64,000 nucleotides of DNA from an uncultured Candidatus Saccharibacteria bacterium (lineage in GTDB: Bacteria > Patescibacteriota > Minisyncoccia > Phycocordibacterales > UBA12079): assembly GCA_964608745.1 (NCBI GenBank), contig CAZSPC010000001.1, forward strand, positions 750 to 64,749. Reading direction: 5' to 3'. Below are positions 48,668 through 57,487 of the stretch, in pieces; the stretch's first letter is position 1, and every line of letters starts with the position of its first letter. The notes below the pieces were generated by a model. The model made no database searches, was not told the DNA's origin, and saw only the letters and a program-made list of their open reading frames with translations. Both the position numbers and the translations under genes were made by a program.

Positions 48668-48790
48668 AATTTTTCCAGAATTGGCGAATTTCGCTTTTGT
48701 TTCGGCAAGAATTTCAGTCGTAGTATTTGGTTATACAACTTCTTCAATTCTCACCAAAACAAAAGCGAACTTCATCCAATTCTGAAAAAA
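48668..48790 (+). repeat. family B (subtype a) long inverted repeat after rpsJ
   Basis: ccagaattggcgaatttcgcttttgtttcggcaagaatt ... aattctcaccaaaacaaaagcgaacttcatccaattctg. Confidence 0.7.
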
Positions 48791-48990
48791 TTGAAAATTG
48801 AATTTAATTTCGAAAAAATAAAAAATTCAGAAGCAAGGCTTCTGAATTTTTTGTTTTTTCACTATCTTTTCTATCTTTCGTCTTTGCGATCCGTCAGCCG
48901 ACGGATTCATAATCCGTCAGCCGACGGAGAAGCAATCCAGTCGCAGGTATCGCCAGGGCGAACCCAAAATTCTCTTACTCCTTATTCCTA

Positions 48991-49016
48991 GAAATTTCAG
49001 CCTCAACTGAAATTTC
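48991..49016 (+). promoter_or_regulatory. operator-like inverted repeat immediately upstream of promoter P1
   Basis: gaaatttcag-6nt-ctgaaatttc; duplicated at 50313-50337. Confidence 0.45.
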
Positions 49017-49017
49017 C

Positions 49018-49046
49018 TTGACTTCTATTTGACATTAAATTATAGT
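49018..49046 (+). promoter_or_regulatory. consensus sigma70-type promoter P1 (TTGACT-17-TATAGT)
   Basis: exact spacing and near-consensus hexamers; about 80-bp block duplicated at 50281-50367. Confidence 0.6.
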
Positions 49047-49108
49047 AATTGCAGAATTTTGAATTGTAAAAGATGAGTAAATTAAAAACAAAATAATAAA
49101 AAAGGAGG

Positions 49109-49711
49109 TTGGTTATGGGATGTTCAACAAAGTGTAGTCCAATAAGTCCAAAAGTTTTCTTTTCCTGCTTGTATGTTATTGGCGTAGTTTTATTGTTTTT
49201 TGGTGGTGTTATAACCTATACAGCGTTTTCCGAGCGCAAATTGCCCGATCCGATAGTAGAGCAAATCTTTCTCCCCAAGAATTATCAGGTTGTTGATTGC
49301 GATTATAGGTATAAAATTCAAGCAATTCCTGTAATCATGAGTGATAAAGTCGCAAAGAACTTTTTTGATTCAACAGAAAAAGAATTTTTGGTATTTAAAT
49401 GTTTTGGGCGTGAACTCAGTATTTATTATTACTGGGAAGATCAGAGTACGCCGGTGATTAAGACAAAAAGTTGGAAAAAGACTTATAATATCTCTAATCA
49501 CAAAGATAACCCTTCGGGTTTTTCTTCCTGGAGAACCACTATTGATGAAGGGAGTAATAGGGTCGTCCATAAGCCGGTAAGTTCGTTTTTAGACGGTATT
49601 TTTATTGGAGGCATTTTTACCTTGTTTGGCTTGATACTATTTGTTGCGACTGTCGTGATATTTAATAAGTATAAGAAAGAAAAAAGAAGTAATAAAGGAG
49701 GTGTCAGATGA
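49109..49711 (+). CDS. bitopic (N-TM ... C-TM) membrane protein of unknown function, paralog A
   Basis: GGAGG SD; LPDPIVEQIFLPKNYQ, DSTEKEF, YYYWEDQ...SWKK shared with ORF 50430-51038. Confidence 0.5.
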   Translation: MVMGCSTKCSPISPKVFFSCLYVIGVVLLFFGGVITYTAFSERKLPDPIVEQIFLPKNYQVVDCDYRYKIQAIPVIMSDKVAKNFFDSTEKEFLVFKCFGRELSIYYYWEDQSTPVIKTKSWKKTYNISNHKDNPSGFSSWRTTIDEGSNRVVHKPVSSFLDGIFIGGIFTLFGLILFVATVVIFNKYKKEKRSNKGGVR

Positions 49712-50211
49712 CACAAAATATTCAGGTAGAAGAAAAACCTTTACTGGAACTGGTTGAAACAATCAAGGTTCCAGCAGTCAAAAAGTTTGTTGCCAGCGAA
49801 AAGTTTATCGTCGGCAAGACAATCGACGGTGTTCGTATTTCTTATATTGGGGGAGATTTCAACGAAATTTTTCTTGATAAAATCGAGCAACATATTCCGG
49901 AAGTAGAACTGAGAGTCAGAAGGCAGACAAGAACTTTTTCTCGGGAAAACCCTACTGGTGGTATTCCTGGAATTAAAAAGATTTGTGTTGATCTTGCCAC
50001 TTTTTGGGAGTTTTTGAAAGTAAAAAGTGAGAACTATGAAACAGGCAAGTTTACTTTTTGGATCCCCCCTTGTAATAACTGTGAAAAAATACTCTGGAAA
50101 GTGGAGGTAATAAATGCTTTTGGTGACTCCTGGAGCATTGGTTCCTGTTTTCCTAAGTCTAATGAATACTATGGTAAGTGGGGTCTTGAAACTTTTGTTT
50201 TTTCTGATTAA
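49708..50211 (+). CDS. soluble hypothetical protein (167 aa) translationally coupled to paralog A
   Basis: ATGA overlap with upstream stop; GGAGG SD; terminator hairpin 50233-50285. Confidence 0.5.
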   Translation: MTQNIQVEEKPLLELVETIKVPAVKKFVASEKFIVGKTIDGVRISYIGGDFNEIFLDKIEQHIPEVELRVRRQTRTFSRENPTGGIPGIKKICVDLATFWEFLKVKSENYETGKFTFWIPPCNNCEKILWKVEVINAFGDSWSIGSCFPKSNEYYGKWGLETFVFSD

Positions 50212-50338
50212 TATTTGATTTCAGTTGTTTACTGAAACCCTTTGAAAATTTGTCACCCCGACAGAGTTTCAAAGGGTTTTTCTTATTCCTCACCCCTTAT
50301 TCCTTATTCCTAGAAATTTCAGTTTTATTGAAATTTCC

Positions 50339-50367
50339 TTGACTTCTATTTGACAATAAATTATAGT
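50339..50367 (+). promoter_or_regulatory. consensus sigma70-type promoter P2 (TTGACT-17-TATAGT), duplicate of P1
   Basis: identical hexamers and spacer except 1 nt. Confidence 0.6.
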
Positions 50368-50429
50368 AATTGCAGAATTTGAAAATTATTTCTAGGACAA
50401 ACTTGAAAATCAAAAAATAGGAGATTATT

Positions 50430-51038
50430 ATGAGACGTAACGGTTCTACAAGTATATCTATTAGCTCTAAGTTAACAAATGTTGCTGGTATTATTTTGAT
50501 GGTACTTCTTCTGCTTCCTTCAGGGATGATGATCTATAAAGGATATCAAGTGGTAAATAAATGGGGTGTTGATTATGTTCTTCCAGAGCCACAAAGAGAA
50601 AAGATTTTGTTACCAAAAAAATACAAATTTATTTCTTTGAAAACTGCTGAAAGAATAAAATTTTTAGAGATTAAAGATCATAGTACTGAAAAAGAAATAT
50701 CTATTTCTAATAAACCTTTTTTAATTACTACTGGGCGGCGCAACAATGATATTGTTATCAAATATTTTTGGGAGAACAGTGGTCCACACAAAAAAATTTT
50801 TCCAGCATATAGTTGGGAAAAAGTTCATTCGACTTCTAGCTACCTTTCTGATTATTTGAGGCAAGTAGCTATATGGTATATGAGAATAGATAAGAAAAAT
50901 AATATAATAGTTTATACACCAACAAAAGCCAAAGCCGATCTTATCGCTATAGCAGGAGCAATTCTTATGTCTATCGGCATGCTATTTTTTGTACTGTTAT
51001 GGTATAAATTATATATTTTTTTTTTGAAAAATAAGTAA
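50430..51038 (+). CDS. bitopic membrane protein of unknown function, paralog B
   Basis: AGGAG SD; LPEPQREKILLPKKYK, HSTEKEI, KYFWEN...SWEK; N- and C-terminal TM helices. Confidence 0.5.
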   Translation: MRRNGSTSISISSKLTNVAGIILMVLLLLPSGMMIYKGYQVVNKWGVDYVLPEPQREKILLPKKYKFISLKTAERIKFLEIKDHSTEKEISISNKPFLITTGRRNNDIVIKYFWENSGPHKKIFPAYSWEKVHSTSSYLSDYLRQVAIWYMRIDKKNNIIVYTPTKAKADLIAIAGAILMSIGMLFFVLLWYKLYIFFLKNK

Positions 51039-51250
51039 TTCAAATAGATACCCATATTTGTTTTTAAAATAAATATGGGTTTTTATTATTTGTATTCGAC
51101 TCTCGATTTTTAAAATTTCCCTTGATTTTCGTTTAATTTTGTGTAAAATATTACAAGTTACTTAAAGGTTTAGCGCCTTTTTTTAATTTTGCGAATTGAT
51201 TACCTAGTATTTGTATATATTCGTATTATTAGTATCATTTGTATATTAGT

Positions 51251-51856
51251 ATGTTTATCTTGGGTACAAAAGAAGAAATGACACAAATCTTTGATAAAGA
51301 AGGGCAAGTTCAGCCTGTTACTATTATTAATGCAGGGCCAATTAAAGTAACTCAAATAAAAGACCAAGAAAAGGATGGTTACGAAGCGGTACAAGTTGGG
51401 TATGGAGAAAAAAGTGAAAAAAATATCAACAAACCGGAAAAGGGGCATATGAAAGACTTGGGAAACTTCCGATATTTGAGAGAATTTAAGGCAAGCGAAG
51501 AGATGAAAGCAGGAGATGAGATAAATGTATCAGCTTTTGCAGAAGGGGATATTGTTGAAATTTCAGCAGTTAGTAAAGGAAAAGGATTTCAAGGTGTTGT
51601 AAAAAGACATAATTTTGCTGGAGGTCCAAGATCTCACGGACAAAAGCACAGTGAAAGAAAACCAGGATCAATTGGATCAACAGGACCTCAAAGGGTGTTT
51701 AAAGGTACAAGAATGGCAGGAAGAATGGGAAGTGACAGAACCACTGTTAAAAATTTAAAAATTGTACAAGTAGACGAGAAGGGGAATCGATTATTGGTGA
51801 AAGGTGCTGTTCCGGGTAAAAGAGGAAGCCTAGTCGAAATACGAAGTGTTAAATAA
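51251..51856 (+). CDS. rplC: 50S ribosomal protein L3
   Basis: MFILGTKEEMTQIFDKEGQVQPVTII aligns with L3 N-terminus; a TTG at 51239 is an alternative start. Confidence 0.85.
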   Translation: MFILGTKEEMTQIFDKEGQVQPVTIINAGPIKVTQIKDQEKDGYEAVQVGYGEKSEKNINKPEKGHMKDLGNFRYLREFKASEEMKAGDEINVSAFAEGDIVEISAVSKGKGFQGVVKRHNFAGGPRSHGQKHSERKPGSIGSTGPQRVFKGTRMAGRMGSDRTTVKNLKIVQVDEKGNRLLVKGAVPGKRGSLVEIRSVK

Positions 51857-51962
51857 ATTTTTTATTTTTAATTTATAATTTTTAAAAAATGATTAAATTT
51901 AAAAATTTTTAAATTAATTCATTAAAAATTGTTTATAAATCAAAAATTACAAATTAAAAATT
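51857..51962 (+). repeat. family D AT-rich repeat between rplC and rplD
   Basis: AT-only inverted repeats resembling 8834-8968 and 15496-15642. Confidence 0.45.
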
Positions 51963-52625
51963 ATGAAGGCTACGATATACAACCAAAAAGGAATAAAGTC
52001 GAATGAAATCTCTTTGCCGGAGAGTATATTTGGGTTGTCCTGGAACAACGATCTTGTTCATCAGGTGGTTGTTTCTATGATGTCAAATGCTCGAACTGGT
52101 GTTGCTCATACAAAAGATAGAAGTGATGTGCGAGGTGGTGGTAGAAAACCTTGGAGACAAAAGGGAACTGGACGAGCACGACATGGATCAAGTCGGTCAC
52201 CAATTTGGAGAAGTGGTGGAGTAACTTTTGGTCCAAGAAAGGAAAAGAATTTTTCAAAGAAAATCAACAAAAAAATGAGTGCCAAAGCATTGTACACAGT
52301 GTTGTCTCAAAAGGCAGGAGATGGGGAAATTCTTTTTGTTGATAATTTTGATATAAAAGAACCAAAAACAAAAGAGGCAAAAACTATCTTTGAAGCACTG
52401 GGTAAAATAAAAGGATTTGAAGGAATGGTTTCAAAGAAAAAAAATTCTGCCTTCATTGCTTTGGATGAAAAAAATGAAAATGTAGAAAAGTCTTTTAGTA
52501 ATTTTGGAAATATTCAGATGGGGGAAGTGAGAAATTTGAATATATTGAATCTTTTGAATAATAAATATCTTATTATTGAAAATCCAGAGAGTGCATTTAA
52601 GTTTTTTGAGAAAAAACTTAAATGA
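51963..52625 (+). CDS. rplD: 50S ribosomal protein L4
   Basis: KPWRQKGTGRARHGS motif. Confidence 0.85.
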   Translation: MKATIYNQKGIKSNEISLPESIFGLSWNNDLVHQVVVSMMSNARTGVAHTKDRSDVRGGGRKPWRQKGTGRARHGSSRSPIWRSGGVTFGPRKEKNFSKKINKKMSAKALYTVLSQKAGDGEILFVDNFDIKEPKTKEAKTIFEALGKIKGFEGMVSKKKNSAFIALDEKNENVEKSFSNFGNIQMGEVRNLNILNLLNNKYLIIENPESAFKFFEKKLK

Positions 52626-52627
52626 AA

Positions 52628-52750
52628 GGGTTTAGCGTCTAGTGTTTAGGGTTGTAGGAATGAATTTTGCCGAAGGCAAAATTCGTCAATGAAAAAATTG
52701 CTTTAGCAATTTTTTATCTATAACCCTAAACGCTAAACCCTACAACCCTA
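52628..52750 (+). repeat. family A structured repeat (two inner hairpins) upstream of rplW
   Basis: gtttagcgtctagtgtttagggttgtag / gaatgaattttgccgaaggcaaaattcgtc / gaaaaaattgctttagcaattttttatc / ctataaccctaaacgctaaaccctacaaccct. Confidence 0.75.
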
Positions 52751-52759
52751 ATAAATAAT

Positions 52760-53065
52760 ATGAAAACAACAGATACAAAAAATAATATTGGAAATTTAGA
52801 AAACATAATCTTACGACCTAGAATTACTGAGAAAGCATCAGATAAAGCAACAGAAAATGTTTATGTTTTTGAAGTTGTACCAAATGCTAATAAAGTACAA
52901 ATCAAAGAAGCGGTGGAAAAAATTTATAAAGTGAAGGCTGTAAAGGTAAATATTGCCCAAACTCCATCAAAAACTATTTTTTCAAGAGGAAAGAAGGGGG
53001 TGAAAAGTGGAGGAAAGAAAGCGTATGTTTATCTTAAAGAGGGAGACAAAATTGAGATTATCTAA
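52760..53065 (+). CDS. rplW: 50S ribosomal protein L23
   Basis: L23 sequence; operon position. Confidence 0.85.
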   Translation: MKTTDTKNNIGNLENIILRPRITEKASDKATENVYVFEVVPNANKVQIKEAVEKIYKVKAVKVNIAQTPSKTIFSRGKKGVKSGGKKAYVYLKEGDKIEII

Positions 53066-53160
53066 GGAGGAATAAAGAATAAGGACTTAGGAATGTAGGA
53101 ATGAATTTTGCCTTCGGCAAAATTCATTCAAGACTTATTCCTCATTCCTTATTTCTAGGT
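53066..53160 (+). repeat. family A variant repeat (aggaataagga arms) upstream of rplB
   Basis: ggaggaataaagaataaggacttaggaatgtag / gaatgaattttgccttcggcaaaattcattc / cttattcctcattccttatttctaggtcct. Confidence 0.7.
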
Positions 53161-53229
53161 CCTAATTTAAAAATTAAGGTTAACGGTAGCCGATAATTAT
53201 CGCGGGTGAAAAGCCCAAAAACAAGAACT

Positions 53230-54072
53230 ATGAAGACTAACAAACCAACAACACCATCACGAAGACATATGACAGGTATTAATTACCGAGATTTTTTGAC
53301 TACTTCAAAACCTAAGAAATCTCTAACAAAAGGAGGAAAAAGAGGTGTGGGACGAAACGCTTTTGGGAGAATTACTATGCGACATAGAGGTGGTGGTCAT
53401 AAAAGAAAATACCGACAAATTGATTTTAAATATAATAAATTTGATATTCCGGCAAAAATTGAAACTATCGAATATGATCCTTACCGATCAGGTTTTATTG
53501 CTTTAATTTGTTATCGGGACGGAGAAAGACGATACATTCTTGCTCCTAAATCTGTAAAGGTTGGAGATCAGATAATTGTTTCCGAAAAAGCACAATTGAA
53601 ACCAGGAAATAGATTAATTTTGAAAAATATTCCTGTTGGAACATTTGTATACAATGTTGAACTAAAACCACAATCAGGAGCAAAGATTGCTCGATCTGCT
53701 GGAAATTATGTAGAAGTGATTGCTCAAGATGCAGGTTATACTCATTTGAAAATGCCCTCAACAGAGGTTCGAAAAGTAATGGACACTGCTTGGGCTTCAA
53801 TTGGAGAAGTATCAAACGATGAACATAAACTTGTGACAATTGGAAAAGCTGGACGATCACGATGGATGGGGAAAAGACCAACGGTTCGAGGATCAGCTAT
53901 GAACCCAGTGGATCACCCATATGGTGGTGGTGAAGGTAAGGCAGGACGAGGAATGAGAAGAGCAAAGACTAAATGGGGTAAACCTGCTGGAAAAGGACAA
54001 AAGACAAGAAAACCAAAGAAATACTCAAATCCGTTTATTGTAAGACGACGTAAAGTCGGCAAACGAAAATAA
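53230..54072 (+). CDS. rplB: 50S ribosomal protein L2
   Basis: MKTNKPTTPSRRH aligns with L2 N-terminus; GTG at 53206 is a possible alternative start. Confidence 0.9.
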   Translation: MKTNKPTTPSRRHMTGINYRDFLTTSKPKKSLTKGGKRGVGRNAFGRITMRHRGGGHKRKYRQIDFKYNKFDIPAKIETIEYDPYRSGFIALICYRDGERRYILAPKSVKVGDQIIVSEKAQLKPGNRLILKNIPVGTFVYNVELKPQSGAKIARSAGNYVEVIAQDAGYTHLKMPSTEVRKVMDTAWASIGEVSNDEHKLVTIGKAGRSRWMGKRPTVRGSAMNPVDHPYGGGEGKAGRGMRRAKTKWGKPAGKGQKTRKPKKYSNPFIVRRRKVGKRK

Positions 54073-54221
54073 TAAAAAAGCATCGCCTAGGCGATGCTTT
54101 TTTATTATTTTCGTTTTCCGACTTTTCTAGTAATAAGTTGTAAGTAATAAGGATTAAGTAAAAAGGCTTTGTTGGATGATTTAAATAACTCAACCCGTTG
54201 AGTTATTTATCTTTATACCCT

Positions 54222-54247
54222 AAAAAGGTGGGTGTCCGACACCCACC
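54222..54247 (+). repeat. REP-like palindrome (ggtgggtgtccgacacccacc)
   Basis: identical to RAYT-2-associated REP. Confidence 0.65.
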
Positions 54248-54406
54248 AATGGCTTTGTTGAGCTGTTTTCAATGGCTCACGAATGAGCCATTGAAATTTT
54301 ACTAAATTTTATTGCTTTATCTAGTCTAAAATGATAAAAATAGGTTAGAAAGTTCTAAGAGATATAATGAAAAGCAGAAAAACTAAAAAGAAAGGAGGTT
54401 TAAAAA

Positions 54407-54832
54407 ATGGACAAAATTAAAGTTGTTGATCCGAAAACAAAACCAATAATCGATAAAGATGGTTTTTATACTGAGCATGACCGGCTTCAATATGAGATGG
54501 ATGTAAAAATAGAGTTGGCTAAATTGTTGTTCGGAAAATCAAACATACCTGACGATGACCAAAAAAGACTTCTCGATTGGGTAGAGAAAGGTATCAAAAA
54601 AGAGTATGCTGATTTGCAAGCTGAAACAGCAAGAAGATATTTGATGGGTAAGGTTGTTGAATTGTATCAGGACAATTCCGATGCAATAGGTCCTTACACC
54701 GTTGTAAATGTCGTAAAGTCTTATACGGAAGGGGTATTGTTTAATCTTCATATTTCTTTTTCAGAAAGCGGATCCGTCTTAGTTTTTCCTGTTTTTAAAC
54801 AAATAAAAATTAAGGTTTTAGATAACAGCTAA
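54407..54832 (+). CDS. hypothetical protein (141 aa)
   Basis: GGAGG SD; terminator hairpin 54837-54866. Confidence 0.4.
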   Translation: MDKIKVVDPKTKPIIDKDGFYTEHDRLQYEMDVKIELAKLLFGKSNIPDDDQKRLLDWVEKGIKKEYADLQAETARRYLMGKVVELYQDNSDAIGPYTVVNVVKSYTEGVLFNLHISFSESGSVLVFPVFKQIKIKVLDNS

Positions 54833-54922
54833 AACATTCCTAAGCCGACTCGTAAGAGTCGGCTTTTTTTAAATCCTAAATCTTACTTCTTAAATCTGTT
54901 AAATTCTGTTAGAATTTAACCA

Positions 54923-55879
54923 ATGAACGAAGAAAAATTTGAATTACCAATGATTATTGGATCGCTTGTGATTGTAGCAAGTATGGTTTATTTTGGGTTT
55001 GTGAGTTACAGTGGGCAATCCACTAAAATGGAAGAAACTCGGCAAATTTTGACTGCTCATGAAGAAGAGATCCAAAAGCTAAAAAACGAAATTGATTTAT
55101 TGCGTTTTGAAAGTGAAGGTCAGACAGAAGAGTTAACCAGGAAACTTGAACAAGAAGAAATCTTACGACAAGAAATTGAAAAACAAAGAGATGCACAAGA
55201 AAGAATTGCTCAACAAAAATTGAGTGATTTGGAAGTAAAACTTTCTCAGTCTGGGAGTGTATTAAATCTTTCTTCTGTGATTAGTGGGTGGCAATCCCGA
55301 GTGGCGTATGTAGATTGTGATTTTGTGTTACCAAATTCTTTTTTCCATTATGGTTCTAGTGGCTCGGGGGTGGTCGTAAAACTTGCTGATACTCCTATTA
55401 AAGTTTTAACCAATAAACATGTTTTATCAGGCCCTGCTCTGTATGAATTAAACGCTTGTGATATCACTTTGCCGGAAACAAATACCAAATATCATGTACT
55501 CGCATCTGATATAGAAGTTTCTTCGGCGGGATATGATTGGGGTATTTTAACTATCAATAATCCGGACCAATACTTAACAAACTTAATCGACGAGTCTTAT
55601 CTAGTTTGCGATCAAAAACCTTCTTTGGGTGATGAAATAGTTGTTTTGGGTTACCCGGGAATAGGATCTAAGTCAAGTGTTACTGCGACCGAGGGTATTA
55701 TTTCTGGGTTTGATGGTTCGTATTTTATAACCTCTGCAAAAGTAGAGGAGGGTAATTCCGGTGGTGCAGCGATTCTCACCAAAGATAATTGTCTTCTTGG
55801 AATCCCGACTTACGCAACGTTAGGTCAAGTTGAATCCTTAGCTCGAATACTCGATATTTGGACAGTCATAACGAAATAA
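54923..55879 (+). CDS. membrane-anchored trypsin-like (S1 family) serine peptidase with coiled-coil linker
   Basis: N-terminal TM; coiled-coil; His (TNKHVL), Asp, Ser (GNSGGA) catalytic motifs. Confidence 0.6.
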   Translation: MNEEKFELPMIIGSLVIVASMVYFGFVSYSGQSTKMEETRQILTAHEEEIQKLKNEIDLLRFESEGQTEELTRKLEQEEILRQEIEKQRDAQERIAQQKLSDLEVKLSQSGSVLNLSSVISGWQSRVAYVDCDFVLPNSFFHYGSSGSGVVVKLADTPIKVLTNKHVLSGPALYELNACDITLPETNTKYHVLASDIEVSSAGYDWGILTINNPDQYLTNLIDESYLVCDQKPSLGDEIVVLGYPGIGSKSSVTATEGIISGFDGSYFITSAKVEEGNSGGAAILTKDNCLLGIPTYATLGQVESLARILDIWTVITK

Positions 55880-55890
55880 AATCGAAGGTT

Positions 55891-56307
55891 TCATTTCTAG
55901 TAGTAAGGTATAAGTAGTAAGTAATAAGTAAATTTTTATGGAGAAATTTGAAGATATTATTGCTTGGCAAAAATCACAAAAATTAGCTGTTTTTGTGTAT
56001 AAAAAATTTAGCAATAATAAAGATTTTAGTTTTAGAGATCAGATTCAAAGAGCATCAGTGAGTATTAGTAATAATATTGCCGAAGGTTTTGCTCGAAAAG
56101 GAAATAAAGAATTCAAACAGTTTTTGTATATAGCAAAAGGTTCATGCAGTGAAGTTCGGTCAATGTTATATCTTGCGTTAGAGTTGGATTATATTTCAAA
56201 ATCAGAATTTGACGAGTTTTATAGATTAGCAATTGAAATTTCAAAAATATTGTCAGGTCTTATTAAAAGTTTAAAATAGTCTTACTTACTACTTAATCCT
56301 TACTACT
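55891..56307 (+). repeat. family A-type repeat (taagtagtaag arms) whose loop is occupied by a second four-helix-bundle gene
   Basis: left arm tagtagtaaggtataagtagtaagtaataagta (55891-55923); right arm cttacttactacttaatccttactac (56281-56307). Confidence 0.65.
55938..56279 (+). CDS. four-helix-bundle protein (23S rRNA intervening-sequence protein family), copy 2
   Basis: IAWQKSQKLAVFVYKK...FRDQIQRASVSISNNIAEGFARKGNKEF...GSCSEV. Confidence 0.8.
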   Translation: MEKFEDIIAWQKSQKLAVFVYKKFSNNKDFSFRDQIQRASVSISNNIAEGFARKGNKEFKQFLYIAKGSCSEVRSMLYLALELDYISKSEFDEFYRLAIEISKILSGLIKSLK

Positions 56308-56339
56308 TTGCACTTGCGCGTAGCGCATGCGAAGCGCCT

Positions 56340-57326
56340 ATGCCAGAACTTCCAGAGGTACAAACAATCGTAAATGATTTAAATGAAAAGATTATCGGCG
56401 AGAGAATCGTCGATTTTTGGTCTGATTGGAAAAAAAGAGTACGGCCAAATTTTTCTAAGTTTAAAAGAGAAATTAATGGGGCGAAAATAATGGGAGTAAG
56501 AAGAATAGGAAAGCAAATTATAATTGATTTGGACCCGCCTGCCACTGCGAGGCATAAGCGGGCAAGTAACAAAAAGTCGATTTTGATTCATCTAAAAATG
56601 ACGGGATATCTTTTGTTTAAGCCTGTAGCTGGGAGCCTAAAGCCAGTAGCTAGACGAAATTTCGTCTCCGCCAAAATTTCGTCTCCGTCGTCTTTGCGAG
56701 TGCGAAGTACGAAGCAATCCAGGCTTTTTGAGGCGAAGCCGAACCACTATTTCGAAGAAAAAGTAAACCAATACATTCATCATATTATCACTTTTAAATC
56801 GGGAAACACTCTGAAGTTTTCTGATTTGAGGAAGTTTGGGTGGTTGAGTGTGGTACAAACAAGTGAAGTAGAAAACCAAAAGGAAATTCAACAATTAGGT
56901 GTTGATGCAATGAGTCGATCTTTTACTCTTAAAAAATTCAAAGAAATTTTGCACAAAAAACCAAAATCTGTTATTGGTACATTGTTATTAGATCAACATC
57001 AAATTGCAGGGATCGGAAATATTTATCGAAGCGAGATTTTGTTTTCAGCCAAAGTATATCCCGAAAGAAAGGTGTATACTTTGACTGAAACAGAAATCAA
57101 AGAAATTTTTAAGTTTACAAAATCAATTTTAAAACGCGCAATAAAAATGCGCGGTACATCCGATTCGGATTATCGTGATGCCGAAGGAAAGCCTGGAAAT
57201 TTTCAAAAAGTTCTAAATGTATATCGTCGAGAAAAACAAAAGTGTAAGAAATGCAAAACAAATTTAATTAAAAGGAAAAAATTAGGACAAAGAAGTTTTT
57301 TCTACTGTTCTAAATGTCAAAAATAA
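56340..57326 (+). CDS. fpg: formamidopyrimidine-DNA glycosylase (Fpg/Nei family) with ~40-aa in-frame GC-rich insertion
   Basis: N-terminal MPELPEVQT, H2TH region, C-terminal zinc finger CKKCKTNL...CSKCQ. Confidence 0.8.
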   Translation: MPELPEVQTIVNDLNEKIIGERIVDFWSDWKKRVRPNFSKFKREINGAKIMGVRRIGKQIIIDLDPPATARHKRASNKKSILIHLKMTGYLLFKPVAGSLKPVARRNFVSAKISSPSSLRVRSTKQSRLFEAKPNHYFEEKVNQYIHHIITFKSGNTLKFSDLRKFGWLSVVQTSEVENQKEIQQLGVDAMSRSFTLKKFKEILHKKPKSVIGTLLLDQHQIAGIGNIYRSEILFSAKVYPERKVYTLTETEIKEIFKFTKSILKRAIKMRGTSDSDYRDAEGKPGNFQKVLNVYRREKQKCKKCKTNLIKRKKLGQRSFFYCSKCQK

Positions 57327-57361
57327 AAGTATTTTAGGATTATTTTTGAGGTATTAAAGTT

Positions 57362-57420
57362 AAAAAACTACCCTACGACGTTTTTAACGATCGTTAAAAA
57401 CGTCGTAGGGTAGTTTTTTA
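57362..57420 (+). terminator. long perfect-hairpin terminator after fpg
   Basis: aaaaaactaccctacgacgtttttaacg / cgttaaaaacgtcgtagggtagtttttt. Confidence 0.6.
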
Positions 57421-57487
57421 ACAATAATGTAGAATAATGGTACTCTTTATTAAAATTATCCTCGACTTTATAAAGTCGAGGATATAT

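Noticed and set aside
48791-48991. 66-aa ORF between rpsJ and the island
   Set aside because: It overlaps family B, a terminator hairpin and the tccgtcagccgacgga hairpins, and has no SD.
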